From Octopus vulgaris (Eukaryota): DNA of 64,000 bases. Location: positions 78,244,001-78,308,000 of the forward strand of contig OX597815.1 in assembly GCA_951406725.2 (NCBI GenBank). Direction: 5' to 3'. Position numbers and translations under genes: made by a program. A model generated the notes under the pieces. It saw nothing but the letters and a program-made list of their open reading frames with translations. It ran no database searches and was not told the origin of the DNA. Positions 37,567 through 49,270 of this stretch are shown here, in pieces; position 1 is the stretch's first letter, and each line of letters starts with the position of its first letter.

Positions 37567-38623
37567 TCTCTATGTTGTTCTGGGAGTATAGACATGTATA
37601 AATTTATATGTATACAGAGATATTTTAAGAGTGTCCCGTATATCTAATTTTCTGATCTGACAACCCTAGATTAAACCCCTCAAAGCGATGCCCCAGCATA
37701 GCCGCAATTCAATGCTTTCCATATTAGTTGTATGCTGAAATAGGAAACTACCAACGTTCTTCAACCGGAAGTTTTGTTCTGCTAAAGTTTCATTCTGAAC
37801 AACACTACTTGTTAGAAGAGATAGAGAGAAGAGCGAAGCGAAAAATAAAGTAGGACACTGCTGAAGGTGAATTGGAAGTCGCTGATAGTGGATTTTCTAA
37901 ATCCATCTAAAACTGGTAAAAGGTGGCAGTTTTTTATATCGGAAATCAAGATTGTGGTAGAAGTAAATATCTCTGTTTTATCCAGCAACAATTGTAAGTA
38001 AATAAGTTCAATATAATTATTGTCTCTTATCAACATCATTTCATCGCAACCCTGTCAGTTATTTCCCCCTATCTAAAACAATCAGAAACCGAGTAATAGA
38101 CAAACACCAATTCTAGATACTGCAGGTGTCCAACATTTCACTTAAATTTTATCTTACTCATTTTTCTTTTAATAATACCGCACAACATTCTCTTCAAAAT
38201 AGATTAGTTTTGTTTTGCATCGCTACCGCCTTCATTGCAATGTATACCAAAGGGAAGTAACAAAGGTAAAAGCTGGCCGATCGAATGATGCTACCCACCT
38301 AGAAAAGACGTAAGATTTCATTCAACGTATGATCAAAGTTTTTGACAGAAGCGAATCTTTCGACCAATTCATTTCTCATACTGACATTTTTTTGTTATGT
38401 CAGTCACCAGTGATGGGACATGCAAAGTTCTAATTTTGCAATATAATATTTTAATCATGGAATTTATTGTATACAGTTGTTACCAAAACAAACATTGATA
38501 TCTTACACTGGTTTTATAGCATGATATTGTATTATGTTCATTAGATTGCGGCCATGCTGGGGTACCACCTTGAAAATTTTTTAGTCAAATGAATTGACCC
38601 CAGTACTCGTTTTTTAAAACCTG

Positions 38624-40208
38624 GTAGTGGGTGCTTTTTACATGCCACCCGCACAGGTGCCAGACGAGGCTGGCAACGGCCACGGTCGGATTGGTGCCAG
38701 TCGAGGCGGCTCTGGCATCGGCCACGATTCGGATAGTGCTTTTTACGTACCACCAGTCCAGGGGTCCTGGCATTTGCCGGGTGCCACACTTGCCCCAACA
38801 TGTCTTCGCAAGCAAAGGGGTTGGCATGGGTGCCTGTCGTGGGATGAGGTTCGATATCAACTTCGCTTGCCTCAACAGGTCTTTGTGTATAAATGTATAA
38901 ATTTTTCGCACTAAATTCTTTCCGTAGAATTTATCAAAAAACGCGCAAAATTATTCCGTAGACTTTATCAAATTAAAAAACGCAAAATTAATATATTTTT
39001 TGAAATTGCAAATTATTTAGAATATAAAACAAATTAAGTTAAATTTTTAAAATAAATGTCATATACTTATACTCTGTAAGGTGCTGTGTTCACACTTCAA
39101 TTTACTATTTTCTAGAAATGTTGCTTTTCTAATTGAAACAATTTTTCTCAATCTCCATTTAAAAGTCCATAATGCCTCTTGAGCCATATCAAAATGAACA
39201 ACTTTGAATTACGCGGCGGCGGTGGTGGTGGTGGTGTGAGGTTCTAATTTTTTTTTCTGATCTCTCTTTGCCCCCCTAGATGGAGGTGTGGTGGGGAGAC
39301 AGATGAAAGATGTTTCATTCTCTACTATATATGTATATATCTATATATCTATATATATATATATATATTTCTTAAACCTACACGATATAGTCTATAAATT
39401 TGGGATGTTTTTGAAAGATAATATATTTTGTCATCAGAATATATATACTTTCTCACACTACAATTAAGATATATTTATTTTAAATCGTTCATCTTTTCCC
39501 GCGACAACAAAAATTGGGCGCGAAAATTTTTCTAAATATTAGCTGAATGAGCAACTGAGATAAAGAGGGGGCAAAGAGAGATCAGAAAAAAAATTAGAAC
39601 CTCACACCACCACCACCGCGTAATTCAAAGTTGTTCATTTTGATATGGCTCAAGAGGCATTATGGACTTTTAAATGGAGATTGAGAAAAATTGTTTCAAT
39701 TAGAAAAGCAACATTTCTAGAAAATAGTAAATTGAAGTGTGAACACAGCACCTTACAGAGTATAAGTATATGACATTTATTTTTAAAATTTAACTTAATT
39801 TGTTTTATATTCTAAATAATTTGCAATTTCAAAAAATATATTAATTTTGCGTTTTTTAATTTGATAAAGTCTACGGAATAATTTTGCGCGTTTTTTGATA
39901 AATTCTACGGAAAGAATTTAGTGCGAAAAATTTATACATTTATACACAAAGACCTGTTGAGGCAAGCGAAGTTGATATCGAACCTCATCCCACGACAGGC
40001 ACCCATGCCAACCCCCTTGCTTGCGAAGACATGTTGGGGTAAGTGTGGCACCCGGCAAATGCCAGGACCCCTGGACTGGTGGTACGTAAAAAGCACTATC
40101 CGAATCGTGGCCGATGCCAGAGCCGCCTCGACTGGCACCAATCCGACCGTGGCCGTTGCCAGCCTCGCCTGGCACCTGTGCGGGTGGCATGTAAAAAGCA
40201 CCCACTAC
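38624..40208. repeat. ~650-bp near-perfect inverted duplication (arms 38624-39277 and 39566-40208)
   Basis: Mirror-image ORFs (38585-38911 on - vs 39921-40250 on +) and matching AT-rich sequence. Confidence 0.95.
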
Positions 40209-40365
40209 ACTCTCGGAGTGGTTGGCGTTAGGAAGGGCATCCAGCTGTAGAAACATTGCCAGATAAGACTGGAGTCTGGTGCAGCCTTCTGGCTTCCCAG
40301 ATCCCCGGTCGAACCGTCCAACCCATGCTGGCATGGAGAACGGACGTTAAACGATGATGATGATG
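39950..40365 (+). mobile_element. RTE LINE 3'-UTR fragment
   Basis: aaagacctgttgaggcaag ... ggacgttaaac(GAT)n; homologous to 37113-37566. Confidence 0.88.
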
Positions 40366-41389
40366 AGAAGAAATTAATTCATTAAGTTTACCAAATTATA
40401 TACGTCTGTAAAAAAAAAAAAGTTTCACAAATTATATACGTTCGCGTTTGTGTAAAAAAAATTATTAACCAAGTTTTATAAATTATTTACTTTGTTCAAA
40501 AAATATTATTAATATTAATTAATTTTCAAGAATTATTTAATTTATATAATTAATTCATTAATTTTATTCTGTAAAATAGTAATTAATTCATTTCTCTGTA
40601 AATCCGCGAGGAAAGCGACTATGTAATTTTTTTTGTGTAAAATTGAAAATGTTATATATACACACACACACACACACACACATATATATTTTTAGTGAAA
40701 TCCAACACCTTTTTTTTTTAGGGGGGGGGGTTTAACGCGCATGCGCGAATTCTGCACTGCGCAAGTCACCTCGTAGGATCTCGAGTATCGAGTACCTACG
40801 TCTGGCGCGCGCGCACGCGCGAATTCGCGTGTGCGAAACCGGGACCACGACAATAGACAAGTACCGGAAAAGGATTGATATTTTGCAGTATATAGAGGGA
40901 ATTTAATGAGTTCAAATCCGTCTCAAGTTGACGATTCAAATTCTTTACAACATAATGTACTAAGTTAATAGAGAATAAATATATACAACTGCTTAGTATC
41001 TCACACCACGTCAATGTTGACAAACATCAACGGTTAATGTAGAATTATCTCCCCTACATTAATCACAAATTTTAATTTTTTGCATTTTCGCTTTGAAAAA
41101 CAAGAAAAATTGCACTTGAGTGTTGTGTTCATTTGACTTTATCTTTTTTTTTTTCTTTTACTTGTTTCAGTCATCAGACTGCAGCCTTGCTGAGGCACCG
41201 CTTTGAAGGGTTTAGCCGAATAAAATCGACTTCAGTAATTTTTTTGAAGTCTGGTACTTAGTTTCAATTTCTAGCATGTCATGTGATGGTTTGAGCTTTT
41301 TTTCAATCACCAAAGAGATTTTCTGTTGTTTATTCACACTCCATTGAAGGATTAAAAGTTCAACATTATCTGGCTATAATATTAAGTCT

Positions 41390-42565
41390 TCAGCAAATTC
41401 CACTGAGGTTAACTTTGCCTTTCATCCTTTCAGTATCAATAAATTAAGTACCAGTTGTGCCAAAATTTGAAACCAATATTAAACCTTCTGTTGTTTATAG
41501 AAAATCAACAACAACCATTTCATGGTATGTATTCGTATTTAAGGGAGTTGGATCACTGACAGTTGATCTTAGTCTTTTATTATAATTCCCTTTACAACTG
41601 CAGTGCTTTATAGAAATGCTTAATCAATCCTTATAATTCACTGCTACTTTATTTTATCATCCCAAAGAGATGGAAGGCAAAGATGACCTTGATGATAATG
41701 AAATAATCCAAGTATTTTATCTAAGACTAACAATGATTCTAGCAATCCACCACATATGAGAGTTAACTCTCATTGTCAACGACACTGCTTAATGCTGATG
41801 ATTGGCATTTTAACCAGTTATGTAATACTTTATTACCTTCATCCACTGTGAAATTCAATTCTGCTTTTATTATTTTCAAAAATTATGTCTCATAAACAAT
41901 GATTTGTAATACTATATGTACAGTAATAATCATTTTAAACATAGATGCAAAACACAAATTTGTAGGGAAGGGAACAGTTAATTATATCGACCCTCCAGTC
42001 CTTGACTGGTACTTTATTTTACCAATTTCCCAGAAGGATGGAAAGTAAAGTTGACCTCATGAAGATTTGAAATAAGAACATAAGGAGCCAGGATAAATAC
42101 CACAAGACATTTTGTATGACATTTTAAGGAATCCACTAACCCACTGCTCTCATTTAACTATATTTTATATGTATAGAAGGCCTGAAATTTGAGGGTTGCT
42201 GTTAGTTAATACCATTGACATGAGCACTGGAATAATATTTTATTTTATCAACTCTAAAAAAATGACTAGCAAAGAACGAAATGAGCTAACTAGGTATTTT
42301 AGTTGATGCTCTAACAATTCTGATATGCTACCACCTTAAGTAATAATCTTTTCTACTAAAGGCAAAAGGCCTGAAATTTGAAGGGTGGGGACTAACTAGT
42401 GGTTACATCAACTCCGGTGTTTCACTGGTACTTAATTGATTGACCTTAAAAGGATGAAAGGCAAAGTCAACCCCAGTGGAATTTGAATTCATAATGTAAA
42501 GATGGACAAAATGCCACGAAGCATTTTTCACAACATGCTAACAATACTGCCAGCTTGCCACCTTA
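41390..42565. mobile_element. Cluster of decayed family A SINEs
   Basis: ttgcctttcatcc / ggatgaaaggcaaagtc cores near 41415, 41670, 42040 and 42455. Confidence 0.7.
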
Positions 42566-42687
42566 TATATATGTAAAGTAATAATAAAAACCATAACTCT
42601 TCTGTTTCTCTCTCTCTCTTAATATGAGCTAAAAATTAAAATTTCTACATAACAATGATTAAGTTCACTCAGAGTGACACTCTACAG

Positions 42688-43499
42688 CAGCGTTTCTCAA
42701 CTGGGGTCCCCTAGAACCCTAGGGTTCCACAAGAGGTCCTAGAGGTTCTGCGAGAAAGAGTAAGATAAGCTAATACTAATTTCATGATCGTAATATTACT
42801 ATACATGTACAACATATCATTGGTTATTTTAATATTGTAATTTAGACATTATCCTATCTAACCTATTATGTTATCAAAAAAATATAACAACCATTAAAAA
42901 TGAAATCCATACATGTTTATCTAATGTTTGACCTCGAATTACGTATTTATGTAGCAAAAGATAGGTGCAGGTTTAACATTAGAGAAGCACATTTCTCTTT
43001 ATCAAATGCCTTTGAAAGTAACATTTCCTTGTATAATTTATTGATTCACAGTACATTTTGCCTTGATTTATCTTTTGTCTTTTCATCATTGCCAGTAAAG
43101 GATAAATAAATAATAAAGTGATGCACAATTATCTGTTTTTGTTCCGTTTACATTTATGTATTATAGGTATATGATATTGGTTACTTATGTTTATTCTTTA
43201 CGTTTCAGTTCAGATTTTTTTTCTTTGTGCATGAATGTAAACTCTGTGAAGAGGTATCATAAACGAGCAGTATGAATCTTATCTAGCATTACCAACAAAT
43301 TTGACAAAGAAGTATTAATGTGTGTGTGTCTATGTGTATATATTATATATGATTATATATATATATATGATATTTACCACATGAACTACAATGAAAAATA
43401 TGAGAAAGATATGGTATATAATTTTTTTTGTACAGGGTTCCTTGAAAGAAGTAATTTATTTTAAGGATTACGCAAGGGTAAAAAGGTTGAGAAACATTG
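42688..43499. mobile_element. hAT (Charlie-like) non-autonomous DNA transposon
   Basis: TIRs CAGCGTTTCTCAAC / GTTGAGAAACATTG; 8-bp flanks ctctacag / ctctatgg (6/8, NTCTAGAN-type target). Confidence 0.8.
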
Positions 43500-43749
43500 C
43501 TCTATGGGCATTAAACAGTTATGCTACATTCTCAGTTATCTGGTTTTGAATTCTAAGTTTGAGAATATCACATCATGTTACTGTTTATGAGAAGTCAACA
43601 GCTGAGAGATGGAGATAGAGAGAGAGGTACGGGAGAAAGAGAGGAAGCAAAAAGTAAGAGTGGGAGAGAGATGTGACCTTTACCAATCTTGAAGGATGAT
43701 CCAATTACTTCTTGGTTTGTGGTTTGAAGGCATGTAAATAAAATCGTTC

Positions 43750-45870
43750 TTACATCTCTGAGCAGAAAACTGTGCTGTTGTCCATCAATAGCTCATCTAC
43801 AGGCTCCCTTTCCAAGAACACCGCTTTCAGCACTTCTGTGACATCAGCATCAGACTCCACCCTGATTTCTCTCCATATAGCCATTCGCCCTGATCTACTG
43901 GATCTTCTGCTCGCAATCTCCAAAACCTCTCACATTATCACCATTGTCTTCTCTCTCGCTTTATCACCCTATTTCATTCCTTCTGATCGCCTTTTGACAT
44001 AGCTACATGCTGTTCAAGGCCATCCTGCAACGGGGTAGTGATCCATCAACTTCCTATACATTGAGAACAGCTCTTGCCTATTCATATTCCGATTTAGGTC
44101 AGGGATCTCGTTTCCTCTGTGAAACACAAGCCTACCCACTTTGTCTCTTTTGAACCTTAGCCCTAGCACCAAACCACCTTCTATGGCCTCTGACGGTTTT
44201 GTTGTCAGCCCGAACCTCCTAAGATGGTTCACAATTTCCTCTGCCGATGTCACATTCTCATCTACCAAGATATATATGAGTTGGTAGCCTGAGTTCAAAT
44301 TCTGCCAAGGTCGACTATGCCTTTCATCTTTTTGCAGTCGATAAATTAAGTACCAGTTGCATACTGGGGTCGATCTAATTGACTGGCTCCCTCTCCCAAA
44401 ATTTTAGGCCTTGTGCTTATAGTAGAAAGGATTATTATTACAGCCATATCATGTATATCTATTTTCTTCCAAAAATAATGTATTTAAGGCCAGGTACTGT
44501 ATATTGCATAATCTAAACAAATAAACTACTTTGGCCTCTTTGCCTAAAACCGCCTTGAGGACCTTCACCATCATCTTTGGCGCCAAACTCAAGCCGAAAC
44601 CCAGTCGAGTCAGGCAGTACGTTCTGCACCTGTACCTCACTAGTTGGTACTTCCACAACTCCTCTGGTACATGGAGCTGCAGAAAAGTCGACGATCATAG
44701 TCGCCCCCTCATTCGCCTCCACTCACAAAGGGTTTCTCCACACACATCTGCTACTTCACCACCCATATGACAGGACACATATTTGTTCAGTTCACTGAAG
44801 TCTAGCACCAGTCGAATCTTATTTTTTGTCAGCTGAGCCACAGACATCAACGGCAGCATACAGTCTGTCGTCTTCTCACTCCATGGCATCAGAATGCCCT
44901 TCTCTATCCACCTGTTCACCTCTGTTTCGAACTCAAACCTAGCTTCTCCTTTCAGAGTGTACTTGGAGACGCTCACCCTGCTTCTCAGTACAGGAGGTTC
45001 TCCTTCCAAGAAGTACTCCACTGTCCATCTTTCGCCATCGATCTCAGCGTGGAAGTCCTCATCTTCAACGGAAGGCCCTCTCTGTGCCAGTAATCAGTCA
45101 TTCTTACAGTCTTCTTCCTCTGCTCCACACTCACAGCATGCAGCACACCGGTCATGAAACTCTACTCCTGCCCCGCCAACTGCCACACCTCCCAATAGTG
45201 TGATCACATCCATTCCACCCACTATGTCGACACCGTCCACCACTTCATCAACTACAATCACCTGCAGCCTCAACATGGACCCCTGTATCTCCATTTTCAC
45301 GTTGCTGACGCCCCTAAATTTGACCTCCCTACCATCTACCACTCTGAGCCTGGTGTTTCCTCTCCAGCTCTCGACCATCCGTGCAGTAACCAGGATTGTT
45401 ATGCAACCCGTATCCACGAGGGCTTGTGCTTCCCTTGCCCTCACCCTAAGCCTCACTAGAGGCAACGTCCGGTAGTGCGCTCTTCAATTGGTCGTGGAGG
45501 GAACTAGCACCACAGTGGACCCTTTGTTTGTTTCGCTGCTTGTAGTTATTCACTATGTGCCCAGAGTAGCCACATTGGAAACGCACCACCATTAGCTTCA
45601 ATTCTGTACATTCCTTGGCCATGTGCGGACCTTGACATCTGAAGCATTCACCTCACCAAACTCTTGCTGTTGTTGTTTGCTGCCTGATTCTTCATACCGC
45701 TTGTATGCTACGTCATGAGTGTCGCTTTGCGGCAACACCTCTGATTTGTTAATCATCTCTCCTACCGACATCGTTTCAATGTCTGGCAGATGCACAGAGA
45801 TATAGTCGGGGAAGGCGGTCACAAAAGCCAGCTTCACATCTATTCCTTGAAAACAAACCTCTATCATAAT
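43750..45870 (-). mobile_element. Gypsy LTR-retrotransposon internal remnant (gag zinc knuckle, protease, RT, integrase fragment)
   Basis: FQCGYSGH knuckle; ALVDTGC protease; KIRLVLDFSELN, YCLTRLGFGL and a broken SYI(DD)ILV in RT; GRMAIWRE..DELLMDNST integrase. Confidence 0.88.
44291..44525 (+). mobile_element. Family A SINE fragment plus copied unique flank, inserted in the Gypsy RT
   Basis: SINE core at 44291-44435; 44412-44528 is the reverse complement of 47508-47624. Confidence 0.85.
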
Positions 45871-47599
45871 TTAAATTGCATCAACATCTCCCCCCCCCTC
45901 TCTCTGAATATATGCCAATAGAGAGAGAATCTGTATTTTGTTGCTCAACTCCTGGGAATATAAATTTTTTAACTGTTGGGTGCACCTGTTGCTAATTCTT
46001 GTCTATTTTCAAGTACGGGGTCCACTTATTCCACACATCTTTGAAGTTTGATTTTTTTGAGAAGTGTAAATGTGACACACACGTACATGCATACGTAAAG
46101 ACTACCATGTGTGTGTGTATGATGTATGTATAGTGTGTGTGTGTTTGTGTGTCTATGTATGTATAATCACACTTGTACACCATACAATTCACAACATCAG
46201 GGTGAAGTTGATAAAACTTTATTAATAACAAGTTAATAGCAAAACTTTATTAAATAAATCTAACATAAATTTTAACAGGACAGGTTTGTTGAAATACAAA
46301 ATTATTTCAATTTTTTACCCCTTTCCTTTTTCATATTTGTTTTGTTATAAAACCTCATAGCACATTCAGCTGTTACTGTATTTACAGAGTTACTTCCCCT
46401 TAACTGTTTTGCGCTTCACTATCCTTTAACTGTCAGCTTAGATAATTTTCATTAAACCTTTTGTGTAAGATGGAGAGTTAATTAATTGACCTGTTATTGA
46501 CGGTATCGACTCTTATAGATTAGAATGATCATCGCACTCTGTCATTTGGGAAAGTTACCCTGTCTTACACATTTTCTAAATGTTTTTTATTCATTATGTG
46601 CACTGAAATTCCGATACAATCGTAATATACGCCATCTGAAAGCTAAAGTTACGAGGAAATACAATCGAAGGAGATGCACACACGTGTAGATATGTCACAC
46701 GAAAAACATTGCTGGGAGAGAAATCCCAATGGTTAACGGCCCGGAAAGGAAGAAATATGGATAGTGGTTAATGCAGGTGGAAGCTAGGGGAAATAATATG
46801 ATAGACGATAGGAGAAGGGACGAGCTAGTTGGGGAGGGGGCGAACACAGATGGTACAAGACGAAGAAGTTTCAAGAAGCAGGTGTCACTGTTGTAACAGT
46901 AGAAAAGATAAGCCAAAGAAACAGCATACTCCTAAACAAAGAACGGATAATATTCAACTTTTGACATAATGACTAATGCAATACTGGTTTCAAATTTTAG
47001 CACAAGGTCAACAATTTCCGCGGTGGGGCTAGTCGATTACATCGTCCCCGGGGTTCAACTGGTACATATTTTATCAAACCAGCGGAATTTGAACTCAGAA
47101 CGTAAGGACGGAAGATATGCTAAGTATTTTACCCAGTATGCTAACGATTCTGTCAGCTCACCACCTTACTGACTAAAGCAATATTAAAATTGATAAAAAG
47201 TACTCAATACATGATGTTGGGTTTATATTTTGGGGGAATGAGTTGATAATTTACATCACTGTTACTTGAAGTTTTGCATTTAATCAGGAGTCACAACTAT
47301 CTTCTTATCACCAAACAATAAGCTTGTCCTTTTCTTTAATGGCATATAAACTTTGGGGATTCCTTGACTCTTCAGATGATCTCCCTTCTCAAGTGGTGCT
47401 GCTATTAATTGCCATTTAATAATTATGACACATCCTCTAGTGGCATAAATAAAGGATTTATGTTGTATGGTATTTGATAGACCTTTATTTGTCTATGTTA
47501 TTTCTCTTAGCTTATTTGTTTAGATTATGCAATATACAGTACCTGGCCTTAAATACATTATTTTTGGAAGAAAATAGATATACATGATATGGCTGTAAT

Positions 47600-47820
47600 A
47601 ATAATCCTTTCTACTATAAGCACACGATCTGAAATTGTGTGGAAGGGGACTAGTCAATTACATCAACTCCAATGTTTCACTGGTACTTAATATTTTGATC
47701 CTGAAAGAATGAAAGGCAAAGTTGACACTGGCAGAATTTGAACTCAGAACGTTAAGAAGGATGAATTGCCACAAAGCAATTTTCCTGATGTGCTAATGAT
47801 TCTGCCAGCTTACCACCTTA
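47600..47820 (-). mobile_element. Family A SINE (another copy at ~46980-47170)
   Basis: gaaaggcaaagttgac, gaatttgaactcagaacg, gattctgccagcttaccacctta. Confidence 0.8.
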
Positions 47821-47829
47821 ATAAAAGTA

Positions 47830-47859
<30 letters not shown>

Positions 47860-47861
<2 letters not shown>

Positions 47862-48320
47862 CATAATAAAAATGATAATAAAATTTGCCAATAGGGCAAA
47901 AAATATATATACCAAAGTATAGAAAATATACACAGTATACAATAAAACAGAGAAGGGAAGCATAGGTAGTATACAAAAGTAAAAATAAAATAAAAATAAT
48001 AAAGTGGCCCTCCTGTCATAGGAGGACTTCTAAGGATAATCAAGGAACCCCACCATCCAAGAATTCCCTGCACACCAAGAGCAGGTCTATACTCAGGTCT
48101 ACTCTTAGAGTGGTACCATCCACTCTTGCCATTTTTGCACCCACCTTTCAATAAATTTACTTGAAGACAGCACCTTCCTTTCCACCATCACTTTCCTTTT
48201 CAAGTTAAACTTGAAAAAATTGATGAAGGCTCTACCAATAAGGAAAGTCTCTGTCCTCATGCCATTCAGCCTCGTCCACCAGATAACCTCTTTCACCATC
48301 ATCACTGAAAGCTTGTAACT
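47860..48320 (-). mobile_element. Tx1/L1 3' fragment
   Basis: VKEVIWWTRL...GRAFINFFKFNLKRKVMVER in ORF 48105-48326. Confidence 0.75.
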
Positions 48321-48409
48321 AGACATTAAAGATAATACTCTTTGGTATTAATCATTTTTGCAGAGGATATTTCATTTGATATTCTTTTAGTTGATATAGG
48401 ATTCCATCC

Positions 48410-48870
48410 ATCCATCCATCTTCTCCACCACTCAACTATTCCCAGGAGGGTTGTGAGGGCAGAGTTCTCAGACACCACCTCCCCTAGGTCCTCTTCTAGT
48501 TAGCCCATCTGAAAGAATTTGTCTCTGCAACATTCTAATCACATGTCCATAGTTCCCTGATTTCTGGGCTATACACCCTGTCAAGTAATGTTACTCTAGA
48601 GATCCTTAGGAGGAACCCCATTTCAGCCACTCATATTCATGATCTTACTCTTTCAGTCATTACCTAACATTCATGATCATAGGTGAGGGTAGGCTTCAAA
48701 ACTGAATTGAAGAAACCATGTTTGTTTGTTAGTTTCCCATACACACACTCTTAAGATCAACTGCTAAGCTGATACAGTATTGTGATAAAGCACCTGCGAT
48801 TCTAGTATCCAGTTCGATCTCCCACCTCCCACCACTCATGAATACAGCCTTGAGATACTTGGACTTCTTA
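48410..48870 (-). mobile_element. Decayed RTE-like LINE 3' remnant
   Basis: VRKSKYLKAVFMSGGG..IELDTRI-like block, LTYDHEC.VMTER-like block and a (CATC)n-type tail near 48405-48420. Confidence 0.55.
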
Positions 48871-48889
48871 CGTAGTATATTTTATCTTT

Positions 48890-49270
48890 TATCTTCTACT
48901 TGTTTCACTCATTGGACTGCAGTAATGCTAGTGCACTGCCTTGAAAGATTTAGATGAACAAAGCAACTCCAGTCCTTATTTTTTTAAAATCTGGTACTTA
49001 TTCTCATAGTCTTTTTTGCTGAACTGTTAATTTATTGGGATGTAAACAAACCAACACTACTTATCAAGCAGTGGTGGGGGACAAACACAAACACACACAC
49101 ACATATATGATGGGCTTCTTTCAGTTCTCATCTTACCATCTGCGAAATCCACTCACAAGGTTTGGGCCAGCCTGGAGCTACTGTAAAAGTACCACAAGGT
49201 ACCACACAGTGGGACTGAACCCAGGACCATGAGGTTGGAAAGCAAATTTCTTACCACACAGCCACACCTT
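48890..49270 (-). mobile_element. SINE family B, degenerate
   Basis: Homologous to 8215-8600. Confidence 0.75.

Larger units (their letters stand above)
34055..37668. mobile_element. hAT-type (Blackjack/Tip100-like termini) non-autonomous element interrupted by an RTE LINE
   Basis: Left end TAGGGT-TCAGA; right end TCTGACAACCCTA; flanks ggttaaa and gattaaa (6/7 match). Confidence 0.5.

Noticed and set aside
37760-37872. ETS motif CCGGAAGT and donor-like AAG|GTGAAT as the HDHD3 5' exon
   Set aside because: Short motifs alone are insufficient; this needs transcript data.
46693-46967. Solo LTR (TGTCA...TGACA)
   Set aside because: The termini fit, but the flanks show no matching TSD and there is no second copy.
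47292-47470. Minus-strand open frame ending ...KWQLIAAPLEKGDHLKSQGIPKVYMPLKKRTSLLFGDKKIVVTPD*
   Set aside because: No recognisable family, weak acceptor and no partner exons found.
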